Below are positions 25,601 through 36,814 of a DNA stretch of 64,000 nt, one piece after another. Each line of letters begins with the position of its first letter. Position 1 is the stretch's first letter. The stretch lies in NCBI GenBank assembly GCA_965113315.1, contig OZ220367.1. One strand, 5' to 3'. The notes beneath the pieces are model-generated. The model was not told the origin of the DNA and made no database searches. It saw nothing but the letters and a program-made list of their open reading frames with translations. This DNA comes from Podarcis vaucheri. Taxonomy: Eukaryota. Both the position numbers and the translations under genes were made by a program.

Positions 25601-27657
25601 TCAATTCAGCAGCCAAGAGCTAGACCACCGATTAGTTAGCTGTTTGAATTGGTGCCCATTGTGAAAGTGTGGAAGACAGGGAGACCAACGTAGGCCAGAG
25701 CCAGTGACAGATGGAGCAAACTAATTCTGCTTTTGTACCCATCCTCCTCCCTGCTAAGTTCTACAAGTGCAAACTTAGGCCAGGGAGAAGGAAGTGGACA
25801 GGCAGCCCCAGCCCCTGGACTGATTGTAAGTTATAAGGACCAAAATATTTCCTCAAATCCTCCAGGTTAAGTTGTTGAGCCAATCTTTTCTACAATCATA
25901 GACTAATACCAGTAGGTTTTCTTTGACATATGAGGAAGATCACATCAAGCCATTCTGGCATGCAGATGCTCCCGTAAGTGACTAAAACTGCTACAGTTTT
26001 GTCCCTATATGATGAATATTTACCAGGGGCTTTAGTATATGTAGTGTTTGAAAAGAAACACATGCTCACACAAATGGTGCTGAAGGAAAATAGAAGTCAC
26101 AATACAGGTTCTCATAGCCCAGTCTTCTGCAGGCTTATTCCCCACTGAACTCCTCGTGCATTGGATTGCGCTGCACGTTATTTTATAAAATTAGACCATA
26201 TATATTTTCAGTTGCATTAATTCTTTGTATGAAAGATTTCATTGGATCAAAATGTACACTTTCCATTGAAGTCAACGTAAATATGGCATGCCAGCAAAAT
26301 GAACTTATGTTTGCTTGTTTTTTGTTTTATATCTGACTGTGTCTCTTCTACACCTTAGAATCAAGTTGGTCTTTGCCTATGCTGGTGCATCGCCCGTTGA
26401 TAATTGTTAAAGGGCTGTGTGTATTCTGTGATTCTGTGCAAGGGCAGAAAAGTAGAGACTATAGTACTGGGTGCCAAATTCAACTTCCTGAGACTTTCAG
26501 TGCTCTCCCTGGTTGTTGTTTTCTAATGTCTAGCCTTTATGACCATGCACATGGACTTGAAATTGCATGGGTAATTAAGATTGCCCAGTGGTAAGAGGAT
26601 GGAACTTCAGTGCTTTTTTATATCCTTCTACATCTGTACCTCCTTACTCCTCCCAAGATTAAAACATATTTAAAGTTATTTAGCGTATTTAAATATATTT
26701 AAATCAGGCAAAGTGAGCAAAACTTGCAAATCTGGCGAATTTCCACAATATATATTGGCTGGGAAAATGAGCTTTTCTTTAGAATATATTTGAAAAAATT
26801 GGTGCAAATTGTCAGTTCTCTTCTCTCTCTCTCTCTCTCCCCCCCCCCCTCATTTTCTTTATTTTAAGTCAAAGCTTCCACACAGCCCTAAGTAAACAGC
26901 ATTTCATATGCACAGAGTTGTTCAAGCACAAGAAAAGCAAAATTCAAACTCTGAGTTTCACTTTTTAGAAACAATTTTTAAAAGTAAGTTTGCAACTGGG
27001 TGGAGAGCATCAGGTGAAGTCTCAAAACAAAGTGTTGAAAAAGAAGATTTCCAGCAATCCGGGTCCTGTGCACCAGTGCCTTGGCATTGCTTCTTCCTTC
27101 TTCCTGTGACTAGCAGAAGCAGAATAAATTGTACAGAGTCAAATAAGTTGTCCAGACTGGCTTAGGTTGCATATTAATGCTGGTTGAAAGAATTCAGCTT
27201 TTCTAGACACGGAACATGGGTTACTTTGACACAGCCAAATGTTTATGTGTGTTAAGTGCCGAGTACACACAGCCCTGAGTAAATAGCATTATGTATGCAT
27301 AGCCAAGTGCAGGATCTAAGCTTGCCTGCTGAAACCCTTTCTTTTTATTTGCTTATATGCATTTTTGTAACTTGTTTTTGTTGTCTGTGTAAATTGATGT
27401 ATGTCAGCACTCCTGTGCGTGCTTATCTAAGTGTGTAATTGGAGTGGATTATTGAAAACAAAAACAAACAAACAAAAAACCTTGCAATTTGAATTGGAAA
27501 GGGTTTTGCAGCTTTGCCAATTATTAACCATTTCCCCCCATGAGCGCACTTGTAGCTGTGTGACAGACAACTCTTGAGTAAGGGAGCAGCACTTAGTAAA
27601 CTGAAAAAACGCATGTACAATATGAATTGCTTCTTCTTCTTCTTTTATTTGGTGTAG

Positions 27658-27812
27658 TCCTGTCATAGTGGAAATCCCTCATTTTGGATCGATGCGAGGA
27701 AAGGAAAGAGAACTGATTGTGCTTCGAAGTGAAAACGGTGAAACGTGGAAGGAACATCAGTATGACAGCAGGCATGAAAACCTCACTGAAATACTGAACG
27801 GCATGAATGAAG
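27658..27812 (+). CDS. ANK3: ANK3 exon, 155 nt, ZU5N ([33 protein letters not shown]...NGMNE)
   Basis: ggtgtag|TCCTGT ... GAAG|gtatat; phase 2-1. Confidence 0.97.
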
Positions 27813-27959
27813 GTATATATGCACTGTTACTGTTTTGGCCTGGGCAAATAGCAAGTAGAAACATGTGTTGGGTTTATTTTTGAATGATTAAAGGTGAATT
27901 AGGCGGTGACTATACAAAGAGCGTTACCACAGTGCCATGTGGCATGGATATAATACACT

Positions 27960-29595
27960 CTGGTTGAAATTATCAATTTGTTCCTTAACACAGGGACATT
28001 CCCAGGGGAGCTGAAGGAAGCAATGGTGTGTCCGCTCTTAAATAAAACTTCACTAGATCCTTTAGATCTATCCAATTACCGCCCAGTTTCAAATCTCCCA
28101 TATCTGGGTAAGGTAATTGAGAGAGCAGCTGCTGACCAGCTTGGTAGGTTTCTGGAGGAAACATCGGCTTTAAATCCATTTCAGTCCAGATTCCGTCCTG
28201 GTTTTGTAACCGAGATGGCTCTGGTCGCCCTAACAGATGATCTCCGCAGACAACTGGATCGAGGCGGGTCGGGACTGCTGATTCTCTTAGATTTGTCAGC
28301 AGCATTTGACATGGTTGATCATGAACTTTTGGACCACCGCCGATGTGCGGATACAGGGCATAGCCCATAAATGGCTGTGCTCTTTTATCTCTGGTCAGGG
28401 ACAGAGGGTGGCACTAGGGAGGGAGTTGTCATCGCGCCACCCCTTGGTGTGTGGAGTGCCACAGGGCAAAATCCTCTCCCCGATGCTTTTTAACATCTTT
28501 ATGCGCCCCCTTGCCCAGATTATCCGGAGCTTTGGGCTGGGTTGTCACCAATATGCTGATGACACTCAGCTCTGTCTGCTGATGGATAGCCATACCGACT
28601 CAATCCCTGACATACTGACCAGATGTTTGGAAGCTGTGGCTGGATGGTTTCATGGGAGCCGATTGAAACTAAATCCTTCAAAGACAGAGGTCCTCTGGCT
28701 GGATCGGGATGGTATGGGGGTGAGGGACCAATTCCCTTCTCTTGCGGGGGCCCAATTAGTGCCATTGCCTTCCGTTAAGAATTTGGGTGTAATCCTTGAT
28801 GCCTCCCTTTCCATGGAGGCACAGGTTACAGCAACAGCCAAGGCGACATTTTTCCACCTTCGCCGCATCAAACAGTTGGTCCCTTACCTTTCCCGCCCCG
28901 ACCTGGCCACAGTGATCCATGCGATGGTCACCTCCAGGCTTGACTACTGTAATTCGCTCTACGCAGGGCTGCCCCTGAAGCTGTCCCAGAAACTCCAGTG
29001 GGTGCAGAATGCTGCAGCGAGGCTCCTCACAGGGTCTCTGCCATGGCAGCATATTCACCCAGTGCTTTTCCAGCTGCATTGGCTCCCGGTGGAGTACAGG
29101 GTCAGATTTAAGGTGCTGGTTTTGACTTTTAAAGCCCTTCACGGCCTAGGACCCTCGTACCGCCTCTCCTGGTATGCCCCACAGAGGACCTTAAGGTCCA
29201 CATATAGCAACACCCCAGAGGTCCCGGGCCCTAAGGAAGTTAGATTAGCCTCAACCAAAGCCAGGGCCTTCTCAACACTGGCCCTGGCCTGGTGGAATGC
29301 TCTGTCTCTTGAGACCAGGGCCCTGCGGGATCTGATCTCTTTCCGCAGGGCCTGTAAGACAGAGTTGTTCCACCTGGCCTTTGGCTTGGAGCCAATTTGA
29401 TTCCCTCCCCCTCTTTCCTTTTCCTTTCTCGTCCTATGAAGAGATTGCTCCCTAATTGTTTTAATGTTGTATCTTAATCTTTTAAATTGTATTTTAATCA
29501 ACTTGCTTTTATTATTGGTTGTTAGCCGCCCTGAGCCTGGTCTTGGCTGGGGAGGGCGAGGTATAAATAAAAAAATATTATTATTATTATTATTA
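27960..29595 (+). mobile_element. 5'-truncated L2-clade LINE (ORF2 reverse transcriptase fragment with one frameshift, 3' UTR and (ATT)n tail); 5' boundary approximate
   Basis: ORFs 27978-28370 and 28306-29400 contain NYRPVSNLP, LLDLSAAFD, GVPQG, YADD and the L2-type C-terminus LDYCNSL...QNAAARLL...LHWLP; ends in ataaataaaaaaat(att)n. Confidence 0.93.
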
Positions 29596-30779
29596 AAAAC
29601 TATTACTGCAGGTACCACTGCATAATTTCTCTAACTTCTAGTTTTTGTTTGAATATCCATTATTTCCCCTCTTGCTGCTATTTCTGTTTATGCCAGCGTT
29701 AGAAAATGTTCACAAGTATTCAGTTGGAAAATTTGTGTTCACCTGAATTGCTGCCGGTGGCAGTAAGCAGGAACATGCTAAGTCAGACATTGCTTCCTCC
29801 ATGCAATTGTGAGTGTAGGAAAGGAAGAGAAACTGACAAATGTTTGAAGAATCAGCCCTATGTGGTAGCTTCCCTATGGAAGCAGCATACCTAAGTGATG
29901 CCATCTTGATTGACTTATAGGAGTGGTCTGGGTATACTATGACTTATTTGTTATTTAACTCAGTGGTGAGATAAATTAAACCATCCATTCAGTGTATCTT
30001 TTCCCTTTTATGAGGGAAAAATTACTGGGTTTGATGAAAGCAGCACCATCTACTGGCAAAGCTAGATATTAGAACCAAAACGTAATTTGTAGACCTGTAA
30101 AAATGGAACCAGCCTTTAAAAGTGGAACATATAACCCAGAAATGTTGCACATTGAATGGTGAGATATTCATTTATTAAATGCATAAATAATATTTTTTAT
30201 ATTCATCTGGTATTTCCTCAGATCAGACCACCATGAGCTAATCTAACCAACTGAGTTATGAGATACTTCTCGTCTCCCAATAAACCAAAACCCCAAACAA
30301 AAAAGGTTTGGATGCAGATTCATGTTTTGTTCCTTTCATTAATACACCTTTCTGGCATCAGGTTGATTTTAAAGGTGATTACTTAGCTTAGCCCTTTATC
30401 AGATCAAAATGAAATAGCCATGTTGAACCAGAAAGGGGTAAATAAGAGTAAAAAAAATAGTATCTTTCATGTGGTCCAATCAGTATTCACAGTGCAGTCT
30501 GTGCATTACTGAGTTACACCGAATTCCTATTCAGGTTGGGTGTTCAAATCCAACAAAACTGATGTTAAGTCTAGCTTGGCGTTACAGATTTTTTTGAAAT
30601 GGAACAGGAAGAGGTTCTTCCAGAAAACATTACATTGAGGACAGCATGTGCATTAGTATTCAAAGCAACTCGAAGACTTTCTTGGACAAGGCTGAAACAC
30701 TCTTTAAAAGCCCACTCACAATACCTGATCAGTAATATTTATAAATATTTATAAACATTTCTGATTTTCCCTTGCATAG

Positions 30780-30991
30780 AATTGGACAGCGCAGAGGAAC
30801 TTGAGAAGAAGCGTATCTGCAGAATTGTCACGAAGGACTTTCCTCAGTACTTTGCTGTGGTTTCACGAATTAAGCAAGAAAGCAACCAGATTGGTCCAGA
30901 GGGTGGCATTCTGAGCAGCACAACTGTGCCTCGAGTCCAGGCTTCCTTCCCTGAAGGAGCATTAACTAAGCGGATACGAGTGGGCCTGCAG
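30780..30991 (+). CDS. ANK3: ANK3 exon, 212 nt, ZU5N/ZU5C ([16 protein letters not shown]...KRIRVGLQ)
   Basis: ttgcatag|AATTGG ... CTGCAG|gtaata; phase 1-0. Confidence 0.97.
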
Positions 30992-31723
30992 GTAATAAGA
31001 TGTGCCTTTCTTTGCATTTTTGAAAACCAGAAGTAAGGTTTAGTGGGGCTGGATCAGATGATGTACCTCCCTAGATCTGGCTTAACAGGTTGAGGGAAAT
31101 GAGTGCCTGCAACTTCAGCCTGCCCACCATTCCTTCATGTAGACACAAGGATGGATTATGCAAATGCTGTCTATATGCCTATAGTTCAACATATGTACAC
31201 ACACACACACACACACACACTCTTCCTGATATAATGAGGAAATCAACCACATTCCTTACCTGCATGCATTAAACCTTACATACATAGGCAGCATGTGTGA
31301 ATGGCAGAGGTGGGACAGTGAGCAGAGGACCTGCCCACACGCTCCCCTCTACACAGTACACCACTTCCTAAGAGGTGCACTGTCCAATCTGGCCTGTTAA
31401 TAAAAGGAGCAGCTCTTCTCCCTCCTGCATGGGAAACTGTAGCTGCCAAAATGCCCACTTCTGTGCAACTTGTTAAAAGCTTACCTATCCTGCCCACCTT
31501 AGCGTTTGGTCATCCCAATGAACCTTATTCAGACCTGTAGTATAAGCATCTGCTAAGCAGGGAACAGCGGCCCTCTGGATGAAATCCAGATTTTTACAGC
31601 AAATCCACCTACATACAGCAGATATTTTCACATTGCAGTTGTTGGATTTTAGTTAGATCCCCCATTTCAGTGAACCAGATGACACTGTTGAAATTGATAA
31701 GAATACCAAAAAGAAGAAGAAAG

Positions 31724-31831
31724 GGGTTGTATTCAGCTAACTTTGAGTAGACCCATTGAAAACAATGGCTGTAACAAATTTAGGCTCATTAATTCAATAG
31801 GTCCTCGCTGAGTAAAAGTTGAATACAACCC
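31724..31831. repeat. Short palindromic dispersed repeat
   Basis: GGGTTGTATTCA ... TGAATACAACCC termini with internal ccattgaa/ttcaatag symmetry; related pieces near 6520-6745, 15800-15860, 19340-19435 and 21300-21440. Confidence 0.6.
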
Positions 31832-32102
31832 GAGGTTTGGGACTTGTTGAATTTTACAGAACTCTGTAATGGAATTTTACCCTAAAATCCTGGATTTGTG
31901 TAGCATTTATGGTGTATACCAGCAACAGAAATTTTACAGAAAAATAACATCTAGGTAAAGTATGGTACTACTGGAAGGATTTTTTAAATTTTGTTTCGAC
32001 TATGGCAGACCAACATGGCTACCTAACTGTAATTATAAATTGCATGTTTGAGAATCTTATATCCCATGATTTTAGAATCTCTTTTTCCTATATTGAAAAC
32101 AG

Positions 32103-32310
32103 GCTCAACCAGTTCCAGATGAAACAGTCAAGAAAATCCTTGGTAACAAAGCAACATTCAGCCCCATTGTCACTGTGGAACCAAGAAGAAGAAAATTCCA
32201 TAAGCCAATCACCATGACAATTCCTGTGCCACCCCCATCAGGGGAAGGGATAACCAATGGATACAAAGGAGACACAACACCCAGCCTTCGGCTACTGTGT
32301 AGCATAACAG
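32103..32310 (+). CDS. ANK3: ANK3 exon, 208 nt, ZU5C ([37 protein letters not shown]...LRLLCSIT)
   Basis: aaaacag|GCTCAA ... ACAG|gttagg; phase 0-1; translated by hand, frame not in ORF track. Confidence 0.97.
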
Positions 32311-32682
32311 GTTAGGCAAAGGCATAAGGAAGGGCATCCCCATTCATTCAACATATATTTTCTAAATTGGGGAAACTTTTCCTCTTCCTCTCTCTCAAGA
32401 GTCGCATTTCCCCCAGGAGCATCTTCCATATCACATATGGAATCAGCCGAAGTCAGCAGTATGTGGGGACACCACCTTTCTCTCTTTTTGTCACGCCCCC
32501 CCTTTTCTCCACACACACACACACAACACCCCTTTCTCTCTCCTTAACTGTCCCCCTTCTTGTCCAGTGGGCTGCTGGGGTGGAGACAGATGGCTTTGGC
32601 CAAAGTCCAAAAACACTATTTCAGATCTATGGAAACATTCAGATCCCTTTAAACAAGTGTGACTTCATCTTTTATTTCCTAG

Positions 32683-32779
32683 GAGGTACTTCACCAGCTC
32701 AGTGGGAAGACATCACAGGAACCACTCCACTGACTTTTGTAAATGATTGTGTCTCTTTCACAACCAACGTTTCAGCCAG
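32683..32779 (+). CDS. ANK3: ANK3 exon, 97 nt, ZU5C ([33 protein letters not shown])
   Basis: ttcctag|GAGGTA ... GCCAG|gtacag; phase 1-2. Confidence 0.97.
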
Positions 32780-33545
32780 GTACAGTAAAAGCAAATGAAA
32801 CACAAATAATTATGAAGGCTTGCTGGTTGTATTATGAAGATCAGAATAACTTGAGTGATACACACTAGAATAACTAGCTCAATAGGACTTTTTTTTTACT
32901 GATGGGAGAGGAGAGGAGCAAAAACAGATTCATAACTAGGGATATTTACCAAAAAATAAATAAAATCCTTCCATCTGAATTTCTCCTCAGATTTTGGTGT
33001 TCCTAATCACATCTTGTTGTTTTTAACAGAGTGGCACCAGTGCCTTAGTAATCCGCCATTCTTTCAATATTGATATCTAGATATTATACAGAGGAGCGGT
33101 TTCCACAACATTCACTTCCTTCTGGTCACTGAGATCTGTTTTTCCACACACGTCACCAATGTGCAAAAGTGCTTGTTTGCCAAGGAGGTGGCAGATCTGG
33201 CCTCCAAGGTGTGCACCACAGCCACCAGCAGTGGAGATTTCCCTTTTCCTAGATTACAGAAAACCAACACAGCACATTATGAGCAGACCAGAAAAAATAA
33301 TAAATATTGTATTGAACCTGTCTATAACATGCTTTTTGTTTGACAGTTCTCAGATCAGACACCTCTAAGTTTTGCCAGAAATAATTTATAAGTATATATA
33401 ATAAAAAGTAAGTTAGAAAACCCAGGAATGTGACTTGGTTCTGTTAGCTGGCGAGGTAGTTCAAACCACAGTAAAGTTATGGTGGGAAATCACCATTGTA
33501 TGAAGATGGACTGATTGGTCTTTACATCTATGTATGTGCATCCAG

Positions 33546-33774
33546 ATTTTGGCTAGCAGACTGCCATCAAGTTCACGAAACTGTCGGGTTGGCCACGCAG
33601 CTTTATAGGGAATTAATATGTGTTCCCTACATGGCCAAGTTTGTCATTTTTGCCAAAATGAATGATGTGGTAGAATCCAATCTGCGCTGCTTCTGCATGA
33701 CAGATGATAAAGTCGACAAAACTTTGGAGCAGCAAGAAAACTTCGAAGAAGTTGCAAGAAGTAAAGATATTGAG
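33546..33774 (+). CDS. ANK3: ANK3 exon, 229 nt, ZU5C/UPA (FWLADCHQ...VARSKDIE)
   Basis: catccag|ATTTTGG ... ATTGAG|gtatac; phase 2-0. Confidence 0.97.
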
Positions 33775-34651
33775 GTATACCATCATTCCGCAGTAAAGGC
33801 CTATTGTATATCTACAGGCTTTGTGGGTGCTTTCTAAAAGTTACAGTTCATATTCTAATAAAGAATAAATTGTGTCTATAAACCTGTCAATACAGTAAAC
33901 ATCACTGTGTTTATCAGTTAGCTTGGCCAATTCAGATATTTCAGGCACTTTAAAACCAGTCTGTTCACAGCTGTCAAGACAGTTACAAATTTCCTGCGTC
34001 TCTAAACAAATTCAAGATTGCATTGTCGGTAAAGTATCAAGAGATATCAAAACAATGACTATCGTCAGTTTAATTTTTCTACACCTGAGTCCAATAAGCC
34101 TGAGCATAGATGCCTAAGGATGGATAGAATATGCCCAGTCTTGCTAAACAAATGCTTCCAATACATGAATCTATCTGTTCAAAATATTTTATTTAATTTG
34201 AATGGAGTAAGATGCTAGTGTAATTCAGCTGATGTCTTCCAGAACTGGGGCATTGCTTACCCCCTTTCTTCCTGGTAGACCTAGGCATGACAGACAAGTA
34301 GTGGAATGGGTGAACTTACTTTCACATTGTCCATGAGTCCTTTTATCAGTTAGGGGGGGGGAGAGAAAGAAAGAAGAAGTAAAGAACTGAGCTTTGCCTA
34401 GCTAAAACTGCCAGCTGGCTGTTGAAGGGTCAGTTTAGAAATAAATATCTGTAGTCTTGACTGTGACCTTCCCCCCCACACCAAAGAACATACCACACAT
34501 CTCTTCCTGTTGAAAACACTGCAGTGAAGCCGTGTTGAAAGGCAACGTTAACTGTGGGTTTAAATAGTAATTTAACAGTTGGGATGCTTACTGTTTATTG
34601 CAATAGTTCGGCACGGAAATAGATCTAACAGATTTATTGTTGACCCAACAG

Positions 34652-34777
34652 GTTTTGGAAGGAAAGCCTATTTATGTGGATTGCTACGGGAATCTAGCCC
34701 CTTTGACAAAAGGAGGACAGCAGCTTGTATTTAATTTTTATGCTTTCAAAGAAAATAGACTGCCATTTTCTATCAAG
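34652..34777 (+). CDS. ANK3: ANK3 exon, 126 nt, UPA ([42 protein letters not shown])
   Basis: ccaacag|GTTTTG ... ATCAAG|gtaaaa; phase 0-0. Confidence 0.97.
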
Positions 34778-36192
34778 GTAAAAGTAACACTGCACTGGAG
34801 CAGTCACAATGAGAAAAATGACAAACTTTGTGTGTTTGTGTGTGTTTTTCAAAGCCTCTGTTTGTCTGTGGTGTTTGGAAAAGGTGTGCCATCCACTTCA
34901 CCTGTGCAACGGCATATTGCTACCACGAGATGTGAGCCCCCATCCCACCAATTGGGAATGGCAGGTTTGAGGCCTGCTTAAGGTACACGGAGGAAATTAG
35001 GTTGCTGGCAGAAAGGAGCTCCAGGGCTCTGGGATGAACTTCAAGATGATAGGCTTCAGTTTACCTCCTTGCTAGTATTTCGAAAGCTTTGTAATACCCA
35101 CCACTTATTAAGCTGCTTCTTTAAAATATATATATATATTATGGACTGCTGCTCAACTGCATTTTAATTTTACTTCTGAGTTGTGATTTTGTTAGGATTT
35201 TAAATGTGTTTGTAAAGCCCCCTAAATAGTTGGAGGTACAAGTTGGCAGTTCTTTAAAAGAAGTATTTAAATAACCACAATATCCACATGCAAAAAAGTT
35301 ACCATGTTATCCATCCAGCCAGGTTGCCAGTGTTCACAATATACCTTCAGAATGCTGTCTCCCAAACAGGAGAAAATGCAGCCACCAAGTGGCTTGTGTT
35401 GTTGCCTTGTTGATTTAGTTTAAGCGCTTTAATTTGTTTCCAGACAAAAATGGGAGGTTTTTTTCTTTCTGGCCTTAAGTCTAGGTTGCCAGAAAGAGCA
35501 CTTTCTTCCATGTTGATGGATGGATGGATTTAGTTTGTTCATATGCCACCTTTTCACATAATTAACATGAAGCTTAAGATTAGGTGGTGACCAGGGAAAG
35601 GTCCATATTACCACTTGGCAATTAGTTGGCAGTTTAATAAGATATTGCATGTCTGGGCTGTCAATTATGTTTTTATTTAATTTAATGTATTTCCTTTTTG
35701 CTACTATCAATTGGCTCAGTTTGACTTTGTGGTTTTATTGGATTTTATTGTAGAAGTTTTCTTTTTTAAAAATTTAAGTCACCGGTCTTATTATGATGGA
35801 AAGGCAGGATGGCTATAAATGCTTTAGATAATTAAATGCAATCTCAGACTTTGGCCAACTTCATCTAGTCTTATTAAACTGTCCTTGGAATAATGCAGAC
35901 ACCTTGTAATTGCTTTAGCTTTGTGTTTGTGACACCCTGTGGTAGAAATAATGTGGAGGATTAATGTGTAGGACAGATGAGAATTAATGTTTGGAGAGCC
36001 TGTTTCAGCGCAAGGCATTTGATCTGATTATCATCAGGTGCCTTCCCATTGTATGGTTCAAGGAACTTATCTTTTTGGGTTTCTTTGCGTGTTTTGTTTT
36101 TAAATTAGAGCTAATAGCTAAACTAAATTTAACGGAACCCAAAGGACTGTAAACATTTCAAACCAGTGTGTGAACATTTTATATATATATAG

Positions 36193-36315
36193 ATTAGAGA
36201 CACCAGCCAAGAACCTTGTGGTCGTTTATCATTTCTGAAAGAACCAAAGACTACAAAGGGTCTGCCGCAAACAGCTGTTTGCAATTTGAATATCACCTTG
36301 CCAGCACACAAAAAG
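36193..36315 (+). CDS. ANK3: ANK3 exon, 123 nt, UPA end ([41 protein letters not shown])
   Basis: atatag|ATTAGA ... AAAAAG|gtaaga; phase 0-0. Confidence 0.96.
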
Positions 36316-36674
36316 GTAAGATCACTAAGACTAGTTTAATTTCTTTTTTTTCTCCTTGTTTTTGCTGATTGTAATGAACCACTAGTAATGCGAATGCTTT
36401 GCAATCTGATTAAGCCTGTTTTATGTCTTAATGTTTTCATATATGCAGAAAGCTTTTTGAGACTTGTTACTGTGGTGCTGCGTTTCTGCAATTTTTGATT
36501 ACCGGGTCCTTCGTTTACAATTCATGCTTCAGCTTACAGTTCATATACTTTATGCTTTTAGTAATGTCATGTGTTGATTTGCATTTGATGTAAAGTTTTG
36601 TTTGTTAATTTATATTCTGTTGACATTTTGGGTTTGTTTTGCCTTTTATAAATTAGCTTGCATTTTTTGTGCTC

Positions 36675-36814
36675 NNNNNNNNNNNNNNNNNNNNNNNNNN
36701 NNNNNNNNNNNNNNNNNNNNNNNNNNNNNNNNNNNNNNNNNNNNNNNNNNNNNNNNNNNNNNNNNNNNNNNNNNNNNNNNNNNNNNNNNNNNNNNNNNNN
36801 NNNNNNNNNNNNNN
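36675..36814. other. Assembly gap (140 N)
   Basis: Run of n characters. Confidence 0.99.

Noticed and set aside
26359-26410. Acceptor-like site (cttctacaccttag) in the ZU5N intron
   Set aside because: The in-phase reading hits TAA after about 16 codons, and there is no convincing donor.
28520-29618. Minus-strand ORFs over the LINE
   Set aside because: Antisense to the L2 reverse transcriptase and its 3' UTR.
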